NCBI GenBank assembly: GCA_900547005.1
Contig: URER01000003.1
Location: 26,376-90,375, forward strand
Source: an uncultured Prevotella sp.
Lineage (GTDB): Bacteria; Bacteroidota; Bacteroidia; Bacteroidales; Bacteroidaceae
DNA length: 64,000 nucleotides
Direction: 5' to 3'
A model generated the notes under the pieces. The model did not search any database. It was not told the origin of the DNA and saw only the letters and a list, made by a program, of their open reading frames with translations. Position numbers and translations under genes: made by a program. Of this stretch, positions 30,723-42,061 are shown in pieces (positions within the stretch are counted from its first letter, which is position 1; every line of letters begins with the position of its first letter).

Positions 30723-31239
30723 CTTTGCGTTTCATTATCGCCGCTATTATCAGACTCAGCACGATGCCGGCGAATATGTTCGTAATGAAGTAGGTCAGCG
30801 CGAATTGCGTAGGCGTGATGCTCTCCATCGTTTGTCTCATCTCGCCCTCGCTAAGATTGTATAGCTTCAGGACGTCGGCGTATTCAGGCTGCGACATAAT
30901 GCTCATCAGCATATCTGCGAGGTGCCCGTTGTCGATGAACTCCATATAGGCCCATTGCACGAGCGAGAAGATTATCGCTGCATTCATGAACACCCGGAAG
31001 CAGTAGGAGAGGGCACGGCCGAACGTGATAGTGCCGTCAAGGCCTTCGTTGCGGAACTTTCTAAGTCTGTAACCGACAAAGAAAGGTGTAGACAAAGCTA
31101 TCAGATTGCACGCTAAACTGAAAGGGGGAAAGGCCGACGCGCATATCAGGAATGCGAAACTTGCCGTCCAAAGCACAGCAAGGTATATGCCATCATACCA
31201 GGCGTATGTTTTCAGTTGACGATATTGGTCGTATGTCAT
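30718..31239 (-). CDS. DUF4199-like four-TM membrane protein
   Basis: Four hydrophobic segments; upstream of the GT2 gene. Confidence 0.75.
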   Translation of the reverse strand: MTYDQYRQLKTYAWYDGIYLAVLWTASFAFLICASAFPPFSLACNLIALSTPFFVGYRLRKFRNEGLDGTITFGRALSYCFRVFMNAAIIFSLVQWAYMEFIDNGHLADMLMSIMSQPEYADVLKLYNLSEGEMRQTMESITPTQFALTYFITNIFAGIVLSLIIAAIMKRKV

Positions 31240-31431
31240 AATTTTATCATATCAATTTGCCTACAAAAGTACTCATTTTATGTAATATATTAATACAATG
31301 TGCCGGTATTTTATATATTTTTTGTTAATGTCGGTGATAGCAAAGATTGTTAAAAAGGACTAATTCTCTTGTGCCGTTTATGGCTATTTGAATATAAAAC
31401 ACTACCTTTGCACCGCTTTTCATGGCAAACA

Positions 31432-31529
31432 TGGACAAGTCTTACACGGTCAGCTCCCTTCGAATCCTCCAGGACGGGAACGTAGCAAAGGTAGTTGGTT
31501 GTAGCGACGCGATGTGAGTAGCTTGTCCA
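31432..31529 (+). ncRNA. ffs: Signal recognition particle (4.5S) RNA
   Basis: Long hairpin closed by tggacaag/cttgtcca with a domain IV-like ccaggacgggaacgtagca; -7 box TACCTTTG at 31403-31410. Confidence 0.85.
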
Positions 31530-31532
31530 CCC

Positions 31533-31606
31533 GCCTCTTTAGCTCAGTTGGCCAGAGCACGTGATTTGTAATCTCGGGGTCGTTGGTTCGAATCCGACAA
31601 GAGGCT
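31533..31606 (+). tRNA. tRNA-Thr (TGT)
   Basis: Cloverleaf gcctctt...aagaggc with TGT anticodon and TTCGAAT T-loop. Confidence 0.95.
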
Positions 31607-31620
31607 CAAAACAAATTCCG

Positions 31621-31659
31621 AATGAGATTGTGTCGTCAAAGATGCAATCTCATTTTTTT
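31621..31659 (+). terminator. Intrinsic terminator after ffs-tRNA-Thr
   Basis: aatgagattg...caatctcatt followed by a T run. Confidence 0.8.
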
Positions 31660-31746
31660 ATATACAATAGTGGCTTTATGGACTCAAAATTCCGGCTTAA
31701 CGGAAAAATATAGTGGACAGATTATATTTGATTAAATTATTTCTTA

Positions 31747-31953
31747 CCACAGCGACACAGAGTCCACGGAACTTTATTCACCCGGTAATATTCGCTCACA
31801 GAGCAGATGCCTGTGGCATCAGGAGGCCACAGAGCTTACAAGAATTTTGGAGGCAAAGAGGTGAATTGACGGCTCCGTGTCCTCTATGTCTTCAGGTATA
31901 TGTTCTTAGTTTGTAATGACATATAAATCTCCGTGTCCTCAGTGCCTCTGTGG
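31747..31953. repeat. Inverted 9-bp-period repeat arms (CACAGAG-type) flanking ~160 bp
   Basis: Left arm ccacagcgacacagagtccacgga; reverse complement of right arm ccacagaggcactgaggacacgga. Confidence 0.7.
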
Positions 31954-31987
31954 GAACGTAATTATTTTAGGAACAGCAAACTTACTT

Positions 31988-32520
31988 TTTGTAAAGTTTT
32001 TGGGTTAAAAACCGACTATCTGAAAACTCGCTCCTTCTGTGCTAACGGATGTTAAATATAGGTCCCGTTACTCATTTCTACTCATTTTTCGACCTTAAAA
32101 ATCCCAATTCCCAATTCAAAATCTGTAACTCAAAATTCCAAAAGTGCCTCCGTTAGAAAAAATCAGAGCGTTTTTTCGTCAAATTTTGCCGTCTGAGAAA
32201 ACGTGGAAAAACGCTGTTTTCGCCCAATTTAACGTTCGTTAGCTTTCAAAAGTGGCACTTTTAGAGTGCGTTTTAGGCCGTTTTGGAGTGCAACGGAGGC
32301 TCCGTTTAAGGCCAAAAGTGGCTCCGTTAGCGTCTAACGGAGCCTCCGTTGCAATGTAACAATGTCTTTTTGGGCTCTTAAAACGGATATTTTTGAGTAA
32401 AAACGAAGTAAGTCCTTGATTTTCAAAGAATTAGGCTGAAATGAATGAAAACGCCGTATTTTCACGTTTTTGCGAGCAAGTGAAAGTTTGAAGAAAATAC
32501 AGCGATTTTTCAAAGGATAT
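31988..32520 (+). repeat. Dispersed ~530-bp non-coding element, copy 2
   Basis: Colinear with copies 1 and 3. Confidence 0.92.
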
Positions 32521-32628
32521 GTGCAAGAAGAAATTGACAATATGTCAAGAAAAAGAGCCACATCATAACTTAATGTCATGATGTGGCTCATTTGATGTTT
32601 ATGGAGAATGTAATAATGTCTCGTTGCT

Positions 32629-33666
32629 TTAGTTTGCCGACTCAAATTCGCGGAGGAATGCGACGTCGTTCTCTGAGAACATACGCAGGTCGGCCACCTG
32701 ATACTTCAAGTTGGTGATGCGCTCAACACCCATTCCGAACGCGTAGCCGCTGTAAACGCTGCTGTCTATACCGCAGGCTTCAAGTACATTCGGATCTACC
32801 ATGCCGCATCCCAATATTTCGACCCAGCCTGTGTGTTTGCAGAATCCGCAACCCTTTCCGCCGCAGATGTGGCAAGAGATGTCCATCTCGGCACTCGGCT
32901 CGGTGAATGGGAAGTAACTCGGGCGAAGACGAATCTTTGTGTCGGCGCCGAACATCTCGCGTGCGAAGGTGAGAAGAACCTGCTTCAGGTCGGTGAAGCT
33001 GACGTTCTTGTCGATATAAAGTCCCTCAACTTGGTGGAAAAAACAGTGGGCACGCGCGCTTATAGCCTCGTTGCGATAGACGCGTCCGGGGCAGAGAATG
33101 CGGATAGGCGGCTCGTGTGTCTCCATATAATGAGTCTGGTCGCCCGACGTGTGGCTTCTCAGGATGACGTTCTTTGTAACATCATCGGGGTGCTGCTGTA
33201 TGAAGAACGTGTCTTGCATATCGCGGGCGGGATGGTCGGCGGCGAAGTTCAGTTTTGTGAACACGTGTGTATCGTCATCGATTTCCGGTCCGTCGGCAAG
33301 TGTAAATCCCATGTGTGAGAATATGTCGATGATTTCGTTCTTGACGATAGTCAGCGGATGGCGTGTTCCAAGATTCACGGGATAGGCTGTTCGGGTGAGG
33401 TCGATATCCTCGCTCTGCGCCTCGGCAGTCTCGTATTGCTCTTTCAGCTCGTTGATTTTCGCTATCGCCGTCTGTTTCAGTTCGTTGATTTTCATGCCCA
33501 CGGCCTTCTTCTCTTCGGCAGCAACGTTGCGGAAATCGGCCATGAGAGCGTTTATCTCGCCTTTCTTGCTGAGGTATTTCAGTCGCAATTCTTCAATTTC
33601 TTTGGCGTTCTGTGCCGTGAGATTGCTTACTTCGCTCAGCAGATTTTCTATTTTTTGAAGTAACAT
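32629..33666 (-). CDS. pheS: Phenylalanyl-tRNA synthetase alpha subunit
   Basis: HPARDMQDTF, FHQVEGL, RPSYFPFTEPS and AFGMGVER. Confidence 0.97.
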   Translation of the reverse strand: MLLQKIENLLSEVSNLTAQNAKEIEELRLKYLSKKGEINALMADFRNVAAEEKKAVGMKINELKQTAIAKINELKEQYETAEAQSEDIDLTRTAYPVNLGTRHPLTIVKNEIIDIFSHMGFTLADGPEIDDDTHVFTKLNFAADHPARDMQDTFFIQQHPDDVTKNVILRSHTSGDQTHYMETHEPPIRILCPGRVYRNEAISARAHCFFHQVEGLYIDKNVSFTDLKQVLLTFAREMFGADTKIRLRPSYFPFTEPSAEMDISCHICGGKGCGFCKHTGWVEILGCGMVDPNVLEACGIDSSVYSGYAFGMGVERITNLKYQVADLRMFSENDVAFLREFESAN

Positions 33667-33885
33667 ATACCGTTTATAATGATTATATTAGACTGCAAAG
33701 GTACTGTAAAACATAGATAACGCAAAATAAATGAGGCCTTTTTTGCGCGAAACGGAGCTTCCGCCTGATGATTTTTGCCTCAAAAGGGATTGTATTAGAA
33801 TATAAAATTGTACTTTTGCACACATATATGCGCGTATATGCGGGAAAGGCCGGCATGATACAGCGTGTTTTATACAAAAACGATT

Positions 33886-34740
33886 ATGAGGAAAAGTGTG
33901 TTTTTCATTATCTTGGCTTGTGTGGCAATGCTTTGCACCAATACGGGGTGCACTGACAAAAAGCCGGAGCCGGCAGACTCGTTGCGCAACGATTCGTTTG
34001 TGGCAGATACGGTTGTTGATACCGATACCGTGGCGCGCATCGTTGAGGAGATGCCTATGCCGAAGACTGCCGATGAACTGTTTGATGATTTCTTCTTCAA
34101 CTTTATTAACAGCAAAAAGTTGCAACGTGGGCGTGTGATGTTTCCGCTGCCTGTGCGTACGGGCAATCATGTGTCGTATATTCAGCGGAGCCGTTGGCAG
34201 ATGGATCATTTTTTCAGAGATCAGGAGTATTATACTCTGATTTTCGACAACGAGAAACAGATGGCACTGCCAAAAGATACGACCATCGATAATGTGATTG
34301 TGGAGAAGATTCATATATCGCAGGGAATGGTGGAGGAGTTCTGCTTCCGCCGCAATGATGGCAAATGGGCACTTGCCGAAATACATAATGTGGGACTGGA
34401 AGAATCGAAAAACGCTTCGTTCCTGCTTTTTCTGAAATCATTCTTCACAGATCCAGAGGCTAATCAAAGCGGTGTGGCCGAGCCTTTGGCTTATTACGGT
34501 CCGAATCCGGAGGGTGAGGACGAGGCGGAATACGTGAATACGACGATACCGGCCGATACATGGTCGAACTATTTGCCGGAGTTGCCCAACAGTATTGTGT
34601 ATAACATATTGTATGGACAGAAGTATTCGGGTGGAAAAGAGAAGATATTTATATTCAAGGGCATAGCCAACGGTTTGGAGACTGAGCTGGTTTTCCGTAG
34701 AACTGACGATGAGTGGAAACTTGTGAAGATTAAGGTGTAG
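33886..34740 (+). CDS. Lipoprotein (DUF4348-like)
   Basis: Signal peptide with Cys; ADELFDDFFFNF and KGIANG. Confidence 0.72.
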   Translation: MRKSVFFIILACVAMLCTNTGCTDKKPEPADSLRNDSFVADTVVDTDTVARIVEEMPMPKTADELFDDFFFNFINSKKLQRGRVMFPLPVRTGNHVSYIQRSRWQMDHFFRDQEYYTLIFDNEKQMALPKDTTIDNVIVEKIHISQGMVEEFCFRRNDGKWALAEIHNVGLEESKNASFLLFLKSFFTDPEANQSGVAEPLAYYGPNPEGEDEAEYVNTTIPADTWSNYLPELPNSIVYNILYGQKYSGGKEKIFIFKGIANGLETELVFRRTDDEWKLVKIKV

Positions 34741-34751
34741 GAGGATTTAGA

Positions 34752-35774
34752 ATGAAGGATTTTCACGGTTATAGCTTGTTGGCATATAATACATTTGGGA
34801 TTGAGGCTTCGTGCGGCCGCTTTATAGAGTATGAGACGGTGGACGAGGCACGTCGGCTGGCTAATATCCTGACTTGGGAAAACACGCCGTTCCTGATTGT
34901 CGGTGGCGGTAGCAATCTGTTGCTTACGAAGGATTTTGACGGCATCGTAGTGCATTCTGCCATACGGGGCATCGAAATTGCAGATGAAGAGGGCGACAGC
35001 ATCATGCTGCGTTGCGGCTCCGGAGAAGTCTGGGATGATGTCGTGGCTTTCAGTGTGGAGCATGGCATGAACGGATTGGAGAACCTTTCCGTGATTCCCG
35101 GTGAGGTGGGAGCGAGTGCGGTACAGAATATCGGCGCCTATGGAAAGGAGGCTAAGGACTTTATCTGTCGTGTGGAGGCGGTGGAGATAGCGTCCGGAGA
35201 TGTCGTGATATTCGGGAATGAGGATTGCGGATACGCTTATCGGCAGAGCCGTTTCAAGCACGAATGGAAAGATAAATATCTTATAACGCACGTTACTTAT
35301 CGGTTGAGTAAGGCTGCGGATTATGTGCCGAGTTATGAATACGGCAATATCCGTGCGGAGTTGGAGCGCAGAAGTATCGCTGCTCCTACGCCGTCTGAAC
35401 TGCGCCGGGTGATAACAGACATACGGAATGCGAAGTTGCCCGACCCGAAAGTGGTGGGTAATGCCGGCAGTTTTTTTATGAATCCGATTGTGCCGAAGGC
35501 TAAATACGAGGCATTGGCGAAGGATTATCCGACAATGCCGCATTATACTGTGGACGAATCTCACGAGAAGATTCCCGCGGGATGGATGATAGAGCAGTGT
35601 GGCTGGAAAGGAAAAAGTCTCGGACGTGCTGGTGTTTATGAGAAACAGGCACTTGTTCTCGTAAATCGCGGTGGCGCGTCGGGCGACGAGGTGGTGCGCT
35701 TGTGTCGTGCCATTCAGCAGGATGTGGCGGCTAAATTTGGTATTGAGATATTCCCTGAAGTGAATATTATATAA
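34752..35774 (+). CDS. murB: UDP-N-acetylmuramate dehydrogenase
   Basis: GGGSNLL, IPGEVGASAVQNIGAYG and GNAGSFFMNP. Confidence 0.96.
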   Translation: MKDFHGYSLLAYNTFGIEASCGRFIEYETVDEARRLANILTWENTPFLIVGGGSNLLLTKDFDGIVVHSAIRGIEIADEEGDSIMLRCGSGEVWDDVVAFSVEHGMNGLENLSVIPGEVGASAVQNIGAYGKEAKDFICRVEAVEIASGDVVIFGNEDCGYAYRQSRFKHEWKDKYLITHVTYRLSKAADYVPSYEYGNIRAELERRSIAAPTPSELRRVITDIRNAKLPDPKVVGNAGSFFMNPIVPKAKYEALAKDYPTMPHYTVDESHEKIPAGWMIEQCGWKGKSLGRAGVYEKQALVLVNRGGASGDEVVRLCRAIQQDVAAKFGIEIFPEVNII

Positions 35775-35826
35775 TGTATGGGCTTTAGCCGTTTGATGTG
35801 TTGGCTTTAGTTGTTTTGGGATAAAC

Positions 35827-36600
35827 ATGAAATGTAGTATGCGTTTAACTTTATTAGGTACAGGAACATCGGGTGGCGTGCCGAGTTTGGGATGTCATTG
35901 TGAGGTATGCCATAGCACGAATCCGCGCGATAAGCGTATGCGCAGTGTGGCGTTGCTGGAGACCGGCCGCGCAAGAATATTGATTGATTGCGGTCCGGAC
36001 ATACGCAATCAACTTATGCCGTTGCCTTTCAAGCCGTTCGATGCGGTGTTGCTCACGCATATTCATTACGACCATGTGGCCGGAATAGATGATTTGCGCC
36101 CACTGTGTGTTTTCGGAGACATTAATATCTATGCCGATGGCAACACTGTAAGGGGCTTGCACACGACCATGCCTTATTGCTTCACGCAGACGCTTTATCC
36201 CGGTGTGCCGAAGCTGAACCTGCATACAGTCCGGCCGCATGAGCCTTTGCGTATTGGTGATGTAGAGGTTATGCCGATTGTTGTGATGCACGATAAATTG
36301 CCGATACTTGGTTATCGTTTCGGCAGGCTTGCGTATATAACGGATATGAAGACTATTGACGAGGGAGAGCTGGCTTATCTCGATGGGGTGGATACGCTTG
36401 TCGTTAATGCCCTGAGATGGGAAAAAGAGCATCATTCGCACCAACTTGTCGCTGATGCCATAGCTTTCGCGAGGAGAATTGGGGCAAAGCGCACTTTCTT
36501 TACGCATCTCACGCATAACATCGGACTGCATGATGAGGCTGAGAAACGCCTTCCCAAAGGCTTCCATTTCGGATATGACGGTCTCGTAATAGATGTGTAA
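35827..36600 (+). CDS. MBL-fold hydrolase (PhnP-like)
   Basis: GTGTSGGVP and THIHYDHVAG. Confidence 0.9.
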   Translation: MKCSMRLTLLGTGTSGGVPSLGCHCEVCHSTNPRDKRMRSVALLETGRARILIDCGPDIRNQLMPLPFKPFDAVLLTHIHYDHVAGIDDLRPLCVFGDINIYADGNTVRGLHTTMPYCFTQTLYPGVPKLNLHTVRPHEPLRIGDVEVMPIVVMHDKLPILGYRFGRLAYITDMKTIDEGELAYLDGVDTLVVNALRWEKEHHSHQLVADAIAFARRIGAKRTFFTHLTHNIGLHDEAEKRLPKGFHFGYDGLVIDV

Positions 36601-36654
36601 AGATTAAAAAGGGCTAATAAGGAAAACTGAGTGTTTTATGAAAAGCATATAATA

Positions 36655-36686
36655 AAAGGGACAACACCGTGCGATGTTGCCCCTTT
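36655..36686. terminator. Bidirectional terminator
   Basis: aaagggacaaca...tgttgccccttt between convergent genes. Confidence 0.7.
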
Positions 36687-36720
36687 CTCTTTATAAGAAG
36701 TTTATTCTTATGATGCAAAA

Positions 36721-38691
36721 TTAATCTTCCGGATGGATTTCCGTAGCTTTCAGTTGCTCGTTAACCTCATCGTTTACACGCTTGGCGAAGTCTTCCATGC
36801 TCATGGTTGCCTGCTCGCCACCGCCTTGCTTGCGCATAGAAACAAGTCCTTCTGCGGCTTCTTTCTCGCCCACGATAACCATATAAGGCACACGTTTCAG
36901 CTCGTTGTCGCGAATCTTGCGGCCAATCTTCTCGTTGCGGTCGTCCACATTGGCGCGCACTCCTTGTGCGTCGAAGTACTTGGCAACACTCTTTGCGTAG
37001 TCATTATACTTCTCGGAAATAGGCAGAATAGCTACTTGGTCAGGTGTGAGCCATAGTGGGAAGTGGCCTGCGGTGTGTTCGATGAGTACTGCGCAGAAAC
37101 GTTCCATAGAACCGAATGGCGCACGGTGAATCATCACCGGAGTCTGCTTGGTGTTGTCATCGGCTGTGTATTCGAGCTTGAAACGCTGCGGCAGGTTGTA
37201 ATCCACCTGTATAGTACCCAACTGCCAACGTCTTCCGATGGCGTCTTTCACCATGAAGTCGAGCTTCGGACCATAGAATGCAGCCTCTCCGTATTCCACT
37301 TTCGCCTTCAGATTGCGTTCCTGACAAGCCTCAATGATAGCCTGCTCGGCACTTGCCCAAACCTCGTCAGAGCCGATATACTTCTCTGTGTCGTTAGGAT
37401 CGCGCAGCGAAATCTGCACCTCAACATTGTCGTCGGTGAAGTTGAACGTTGAGAATACTGTCTGTATGATGTCGATTACGCGCAGGAACTCGTTCTTCAC
37501 CTGATCAGGACGGCAGAAAATGTGTGCGTCGTCCTGTGTGAATGAACGCACGCGGGTCAGTCCGTGAAGCTCGCCGCTTTGTTCGTAGCGATAAACGGTA
37601 CCAAACTCGGCGATGCGCAATGGTAAATCTTTGTATGAACGCGGCTTCCATGCGAACACCTCGCAGTGATGAGGACAGTTCATCGGCTTAAGCATATACT
37701 CCTCATCCTCTTCCGGAGTGTGTATCGGCTGGAATGAATCTTTGCCGTAGTGAGCGTAGTGGCCGCTTGTTACGTAAAGGTTCTTGCTTCCGATATGCGG
37801 TGTGATGACCTCCTGATAGCCGTAACGCTTCTGTATTTTGCGCAGCATATCTTGCAGACGAAGACGCAGTTCCGTTCCTTTCGGCAACCAGATAGGCAAT
37901 CCTTTGCCCACGCGCTCAGAGAACATAAACAGTTCCATCTCCTTACCAATCTTACGATGGTCGCGCTTCTTGGCCTCTTCAAGCATTACAAGATACTCGT
38001 CAAGCATCTTCTTCTTCGGGAAACTGATTCCGTAGAGACGCTGCATCTGCTCGCGGTTGGCATCTCCACGCCAGAACGCTCCTGCCACATTAGTGAGCTT
38101 TATGGCCTTGATGATACCTGTATTGAGCAAGTGCGGACCACGGCAAAGGTCAGTAAAAGCACCTTGCGTATATGTGGTGATAGTTCCGTCTTCAAGGTCT
38201 TTCTCGATGTGCTCGCACTTATATGTCTGTCCGGTAGCTCCAAATTCCTTCAAAGCGTCGGCCTTTGCTATTTCTTTGCGTACTACCGGCTCTTTCTTTC
38301 CGGCCAGTTCCTTCATCTTTGCCTCAATTTTCGGGAAGTCAGACTCCTTGATTGACTCGCCGTCTTTCAGCAGAACGTCGTAGAAGAAGCCGTTTTCGAT
38401 AGCCGGGCCGAATCCGAACTGGATGCCAGGATAAAGCTCTTGCAGCGCCTCGGCCAACAAGTGAGCCGATGTATGCCAAAATGCGTGCTTGCCTTCATCA
38501 TCGTCCCATTTGTAGAGGGCGATGTTTGCGTCTTCATTTATCGGACGGTTCAATTCCACAGTCTCACCATTCACTCCGCAGGCTATTACCTCGCGTGCCA
38601 AAGCCGGTGATATGCTTTCGGCGATTTGAAGTCCCGTTACGCCCTGTTCATACGACCGAACAGAACCGTCGGGGAATTTAATGTTTATCAT
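36721..38691 (-). CDS. thrS: Threonyl-tRNA synthetase
   Basis: TGS domain, DLCRGPH, KPMNCP and [11 protein letters not shown]. Confidence 0.98.
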   Translation of the reverse strand: MINIKFPDGSVRSYEQGVTGLQIAESISPALAREVIACGVNGETVELNRPINEDANIALYKWDDDEGKHAFWHTSAHLLAEALQELYPGIQFGFGPAIENGFFYDVLLKDGESIKESDFPKIEAKMKELAGKKEPVVRKEIAKADALKEFGATGQTYKCEHIEKDLEDGTITTYTQGAFTDLCRGPHLLNTGIIKAIKLTNVAGAFWRGDANREQMQRLYGISFPKKKMLDEYLVMLEEAKKRDHRKIGKEMELFMFSERVGKGLPIWLPKGTELRLRLQDMLRKIQKRYGYQEVITPHIGSKNLYVTSGHYAHYGKDSFQPIHTPEEDEEYMLKPMNCPHHCEVFAWKPRSYKDLPLRIAEFGTVYRYEQSGELHGLTRVRSFTQDDAHIFCRPDQVKNEFLRVIDIIQTVFSTFNFTDDNVEVQISLRDPNDTEKYIGSDEVWASAEQAIIEACQERNLKAKVEYGEAAFYGPKLDFMVKDAIGRRWQLGTIQVDYNLPQRFKLEYTADDNTKQTPVMIHRAPFGSMERFCAVLIEHTAGHFPLWLTPDQVAILPISEKYNDYAKSVAKYFDAQGVRANVDDRNEKIGRKIRDNELKRVPYMVIVGEKEAAEGLVSMRKQGGGEQATMSMEDFAKRVNDEVNEQLKATEIHPED

Positions 38692-38868
38692 ATCTACAAT
38701 ATATGTTTAAATTTTAATCAGTCGCAAAATTAGATAAAATCTCCGACATACGGTGCCGCAGACCATCTAAAAAATCACTTTTGATGTGAAAGTATTCTAT
38801 TTTCTTTATTTATGATGCCGCTTTTGCTTCATCTTAATACATTTTTTGCCGGACTTGGCGGTGCGGAA

Positions 38869-39507
38869 CTACTTCAATTTCAATTCTGTCGGTTTGTTGC
38901 CGGCCGGTTGCTTGAGTGTCCATTTGTCCTTTCCCACCGTGAATCGCTTCCTTCGGCTTTCTATCCAGCGGTCTTGTTTACGCGTCGGCTTCCTGCCACT
39001 CTTCACTTCCCGCAGCAACACCTGAGCCTCATGGAAATCTTTCCATTTGTCGGTGATGTAGTCGAGCTGCTGTCGTGCTATGTCGTTATGCCCAGTCTGA
39101 TAGAAGCAGTAGGCCCTGTTGAACCAATATTCCCGGTTGTCAGGCTCTAATTCTATTGCTGATGTGTAGTCGACGGCAGCACTGTCATACTTCTCTTCCA
39201 TTATCCGGCACAGCGCGCGCAATTCATAGATGTCGGTGATATAAGGATTCAGAGTGATGGCGCGCCCACAGTCAGACTCCGCACCCTCGTAATCTTCGAG
39301 GTGAAACTTTGACTTTCCCAGCAGAAACCAAGCCTCATAGTTGCCCGGTTTTAGCGCAACGACTTTATTAAACAAGTCCATTGACACGAGATAATATCCC
39401 ATGTCAAGGGTGCGCCTGCCTTCTTCCATCACCTTTTTAATATTATATTGTGCGCAGACAGGTAATGCGACAACCAGCAAAATGGCGGTTAACAGTCTGC
39501 GGAACAT
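38869..39507 (-). CDS. Exported TPR protein
   Basis: Signal peptide and TPR repeats. Confidence 0.82.
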   Translation of the reverse strand: MFRRLLTAILLVVALPVCAQYNIKKVMEEGRRTLDMGYYLVSMDLFNKVVALKPGNYEAWFLLGKSKFHLEDYEGAESDCGRAITLNPYITDIYELRALCRIMEEKYDSAAVDYTSAIELEPDNREYWFNRAYCFYQTGHNDIARQQLDYITDKWKDFHEAQVLLREVKSGRKPTRKQDRWIESRRKRFTVGKDKWTLKQPAGNKPTELKLK

Positions 39508-39545
39508 AATATCTTGGCCTCCTGTATCCTTTGAAGTCGTTATTT

Positions 39546-40103
39546 TTATCTTGCCGTTTTCACTCTGTATGCACAGCGTATGCGGCCCTGCTGTATCGAC
39601 TTCAGCTTACCTTTGATGAGCTGTTTGCGCAGTGGGGAGATATGGTCGACGAACATTTTGCCCTCCAGATGGTCGAACTCATGCTGCATCACCCTTGCGA
39701 GATAGCCTTCCACCCACTCATCGTGTTCCTTTAATTCCTCGTCGAGATACTTCACGTGTATGCGGGTTGGGCGTATCACCTTTTCGTGTATGCCCGGCAA
39801 GCTGAGGCATCCTTCCTCCATCGCTTCTGTGTTCTCCTCATCCTTTTCGATGATATGAGCGTTTATGAACGCCTTGTGGAAACCTTTGTATTCAGGGAAA
39901 TCCTCAGCCAGTACATCAAGGTCAATCACGACAACGCGAATATCCTTGCCAATCTGCGGGGCGGCGAGTCCGACACCGTCAGCCTCTGCCATCGTCTCAA
40001 ACATATTCTGTATCAGTTCTGGTAGCCCTTCGTAGTCGAGCGGAATGTCCTGTGCTATCTTTCTCAGCACTGGTTGTCCGTATGTATATATAGGTAATAT
40101 CAT
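39546..40103 (-). CDS. def: Peptide deformylase
   Basis: [13 protein letters not shown] and HEFDH. Confidence 0.96.
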   Translation of the reverse strand: MILPIYTYGQPVLRKIAQDIPLDYEGLPELIQNMFETMAEADGVGLAAPQIGKDIRVVVIDLDVLAEDFPEYKGFHKAFINAHIIEKDEENTEAMEEGCLSLPGIHEKVIRPTRIHVKYLDEELKEHDEWVEGYLARVMQHEFDHLEGKMFVDHISPLRKQLIKGKLKSIQQGRIRCAYRVKTAR

Positions 40104-40145
40104 AATATTGTCCAATAAAGATTATATTTTAATTCGGTATGGCGA

Positions 40146-40571
40146 TTATCTTTCTGTGCTTATTCTCTTTGATTCGAGATAGTCCTGCAATATTATAGTG
40201 GCACTGATTTCGTCCACCAGCGCCTTGTCTCGCCGGTCTTTCTTTTTCAATCCACCGTCAATCATTGCCCTGTGAGCTATTACCGAGGTGAACCGCTCGT
40301 CATAAAACTCTATCGGAACTTGCGGCACGGCCTTACGCCACCGGTTGTAGAACTCCCTTACGCGTTGCAGATTCTCGCTTGGTGCACCGTTCGGTTGTCT
40401 CGGTTCTCCGATGATTATGCGTTCTACAGGCTCGCGGGCTATGTAAGCCTTAAGATAATCGAACAGTTCAGACGTAGAAACAGTCGCCAATCCTCCGGCA
40501 ATGATTTGCAGAGGGTCGGTGACTGCCAATCCTGTACGTTTGCGTCCGTAGTCTATCGAAAGAATACGCAT
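40146..40571 (-). CDS. ruvX: YqgF/RuvX pre-16S rRNA nuclease
   Basis: IDYGRKRTGLA and DERFTS. Confidence 0.93.
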   Translation of the reverse strand: MRILSIDYGRKRTGLAVTDPLQIIAGGLATVSTSELFDYLKAYIAREPVERIIIGEPRQPNGAPSENLQRVREFYNRWRKAVPQVPIEFYDERFTSVIAHRAMIDGGLKKKDRRDKALVDEISATIILQDYLESKRISTER

Positions 40572-40574
40572 ATT

Positions 40575-41063
40575 TTAGTTAGCCAGCAACCATGCATCGG
40601 CGTAAGTTCCGCGGAGTTGGTTGCGGCTGCTCACAGCTTCTCCCTTGCTGTCGAATGTAGTGGCAACGACCCTATACATATTTCTGTCTGAGTTGTATGC
40701 CAACTGTGCAGGATAGCCGGCAGACTTCAAACGCTGCACGAGGCCTTCCGCATTGGCTCTTACAGAGAATGAACCGACAACCACGCTGAAGTTCTTCAGT
40801 CCCGCTCCGTCTACGATAGAAAGATTCTCTTTGCGTACCGGTACGTTGTCGCTGTTGTCCACAACCTTAGTCTCTGTTACCGGAGTCTCTACCACCGGAG
40901 TTACTTCCGGAACGTATGTCTGCTCAGGCTCAGCCGTTGTGTTAGCTGTCTCGTTAGCCTTAGCTTTCTCGTAAAACTTCTTGTATGCGCTCTCGTTCGA
41001 CTTACAACTTGTAAAGGCCATAGCCACACAAAGGGCTGCTGCCAAAAGCATTGTTTTCTTCAT
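40575..41063 (-). CDS. SPOR-domain lipoprotein
   Basis: Lipobox FTSC; C-terminal SPOR domain (VVVGSF...NA...AWLL). Confidence 0.88.
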   Translation of the reverse strand: MKKTMLLAAALCVAMAFTSCKSNESAYKKFYEKAKANETANTTAEPEQTYVPEVTPVVETPVTETKVVDNSDNVPVRKENLSIVDGAGLKNFSVVVGSFSVRANAEGLVQRLKSAGYPAQLAYNSDRNMYRVVATTFDSKGEAVSSRNQLRGTYADAWLLAN

Positions 41064-41387
41064 ACTATAATATATTATTTTATGTTTTGATTTTAACTTT
41101 CAGTATTTCTGTCCAATCGTCAGTGACGTGTGGTGCTATTGGATATTCCAGTTATAGCATTATCGCATAAACCATCCGCCCGGTGCTTTGCTATGCACCA
41201 CTCTCAATGTGCGAAGTTACGAAATATGCGCCGAAATAAAGAGTATTGTCTGCATAAAGTTTGTTAAATGAGTCAAATACTCTTTTTTTAACAAAAAATA
41301 GATTATCAAAGAGTTGCCCTTTTGAAAACTTTCCGTATATTTGCGAATACTAAATAACATTATTGTTTAATTTTAATTTGTAAGATT

Positions 41388-41597
41388 ATGAAGGCATTAG
41401 GTTACATTGGAGCATTTCTTGGCGGCGCTGTCGCAGGTGCAGCATTGGGATTATTGATGGCTCCTGAAAAGGGCGCGGACACACGGAGCAAGATAGCTGA
41501 CGCAGTGGATGATTTCTGCAAGAAGCACGATATCAAACTTTCTCACAAGGAAATGGATGATTTCGTAGATGATATAAAAGATTCTGCAGCAGAGTAA
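41388..41597 (+). CDS. YtxH-domain protein
   Basis: GAVAGAALGLLMAPEKGADTR. Confidence 0.88.
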   Translation: MKALGYIGAFLGGAVAGAALGLLMAPEKGADTRSKIADAVDDFCKKHDIKLSHKEMDDFVDDIKDSAAE

Positions 41598-41707
41598 TAT
41601 GACACCTTACAAGGTAATACGTGTTTTGTGGTGATAGTATCCGTTTGTCATAATGGCAGCCGGCAACTATCACCATTTTTTTTAGAATTTAAAAAGTCAG
41701 AAGTCTT

Positions 41708-42058
41708 ATGTTCTCAAACGACAATAATATAGAGACAATAGCGCAACTCGTGGAGGTGATGAAGCACTACATCGGTGTGCGTTCGGAGCATCTGAAGCTC
41801 GATGTGATAGAGAAAACCGTGCGGTTGCTCACCGTTATGACAATTACTGTGGTGTTCTTCTTGTTGCTTGCCATCGCTCTGATATACTTGTCGTTTGCCG
41901 CTGCCTTTGCTTTGGCTTCATCCATCGGAATGCCATTGGCTTTTTGTGCTGTTGGCGGAGCATATTTCTTGCTGCTTATTGTTTTCATCCTTTTCAGAAA
42001 ACAGCTTATAGAGAAGCCTCTCGTTCGTTTTCTCGCAGGTTTATTAATGTCGGAATAG
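41708..42058 (+). CDS. Two-TM membrane protein (YqjE/holin superfamily III-like)
   Basis: Two TM segments; follows ytxH. Confidence 0.72.
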   Translation: MFSNDNNIETIAQLVEVMKHYIGVRSEHLKLDVIEKTVRLLTVMTITVVFFLLLAIALIYLSFAAAFALASSIGMPLAFCAVGGAYFLLLIVFILFRKQLIEKPLVRFLAGLLMSE

Positions 42059-42061
42059 CTT

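Noticed and set aside
31533..32620. Integrated element at tRNA-Thr (also checked tRNA-fMet and tRNA-Phe)
   Set aside because: No integrase and no duplicated tRNA 3' end was seen in the window.
41100..41215. Possible structured leader of the SPOR gene
   Set aside because: Only short imperfect stems; not supportable without an alignment.
41708..42058. Holin-like gene as a prophage sign
   Set aside because: No phage genes are nearby, and the ytxH-linked context looks chromosomal.
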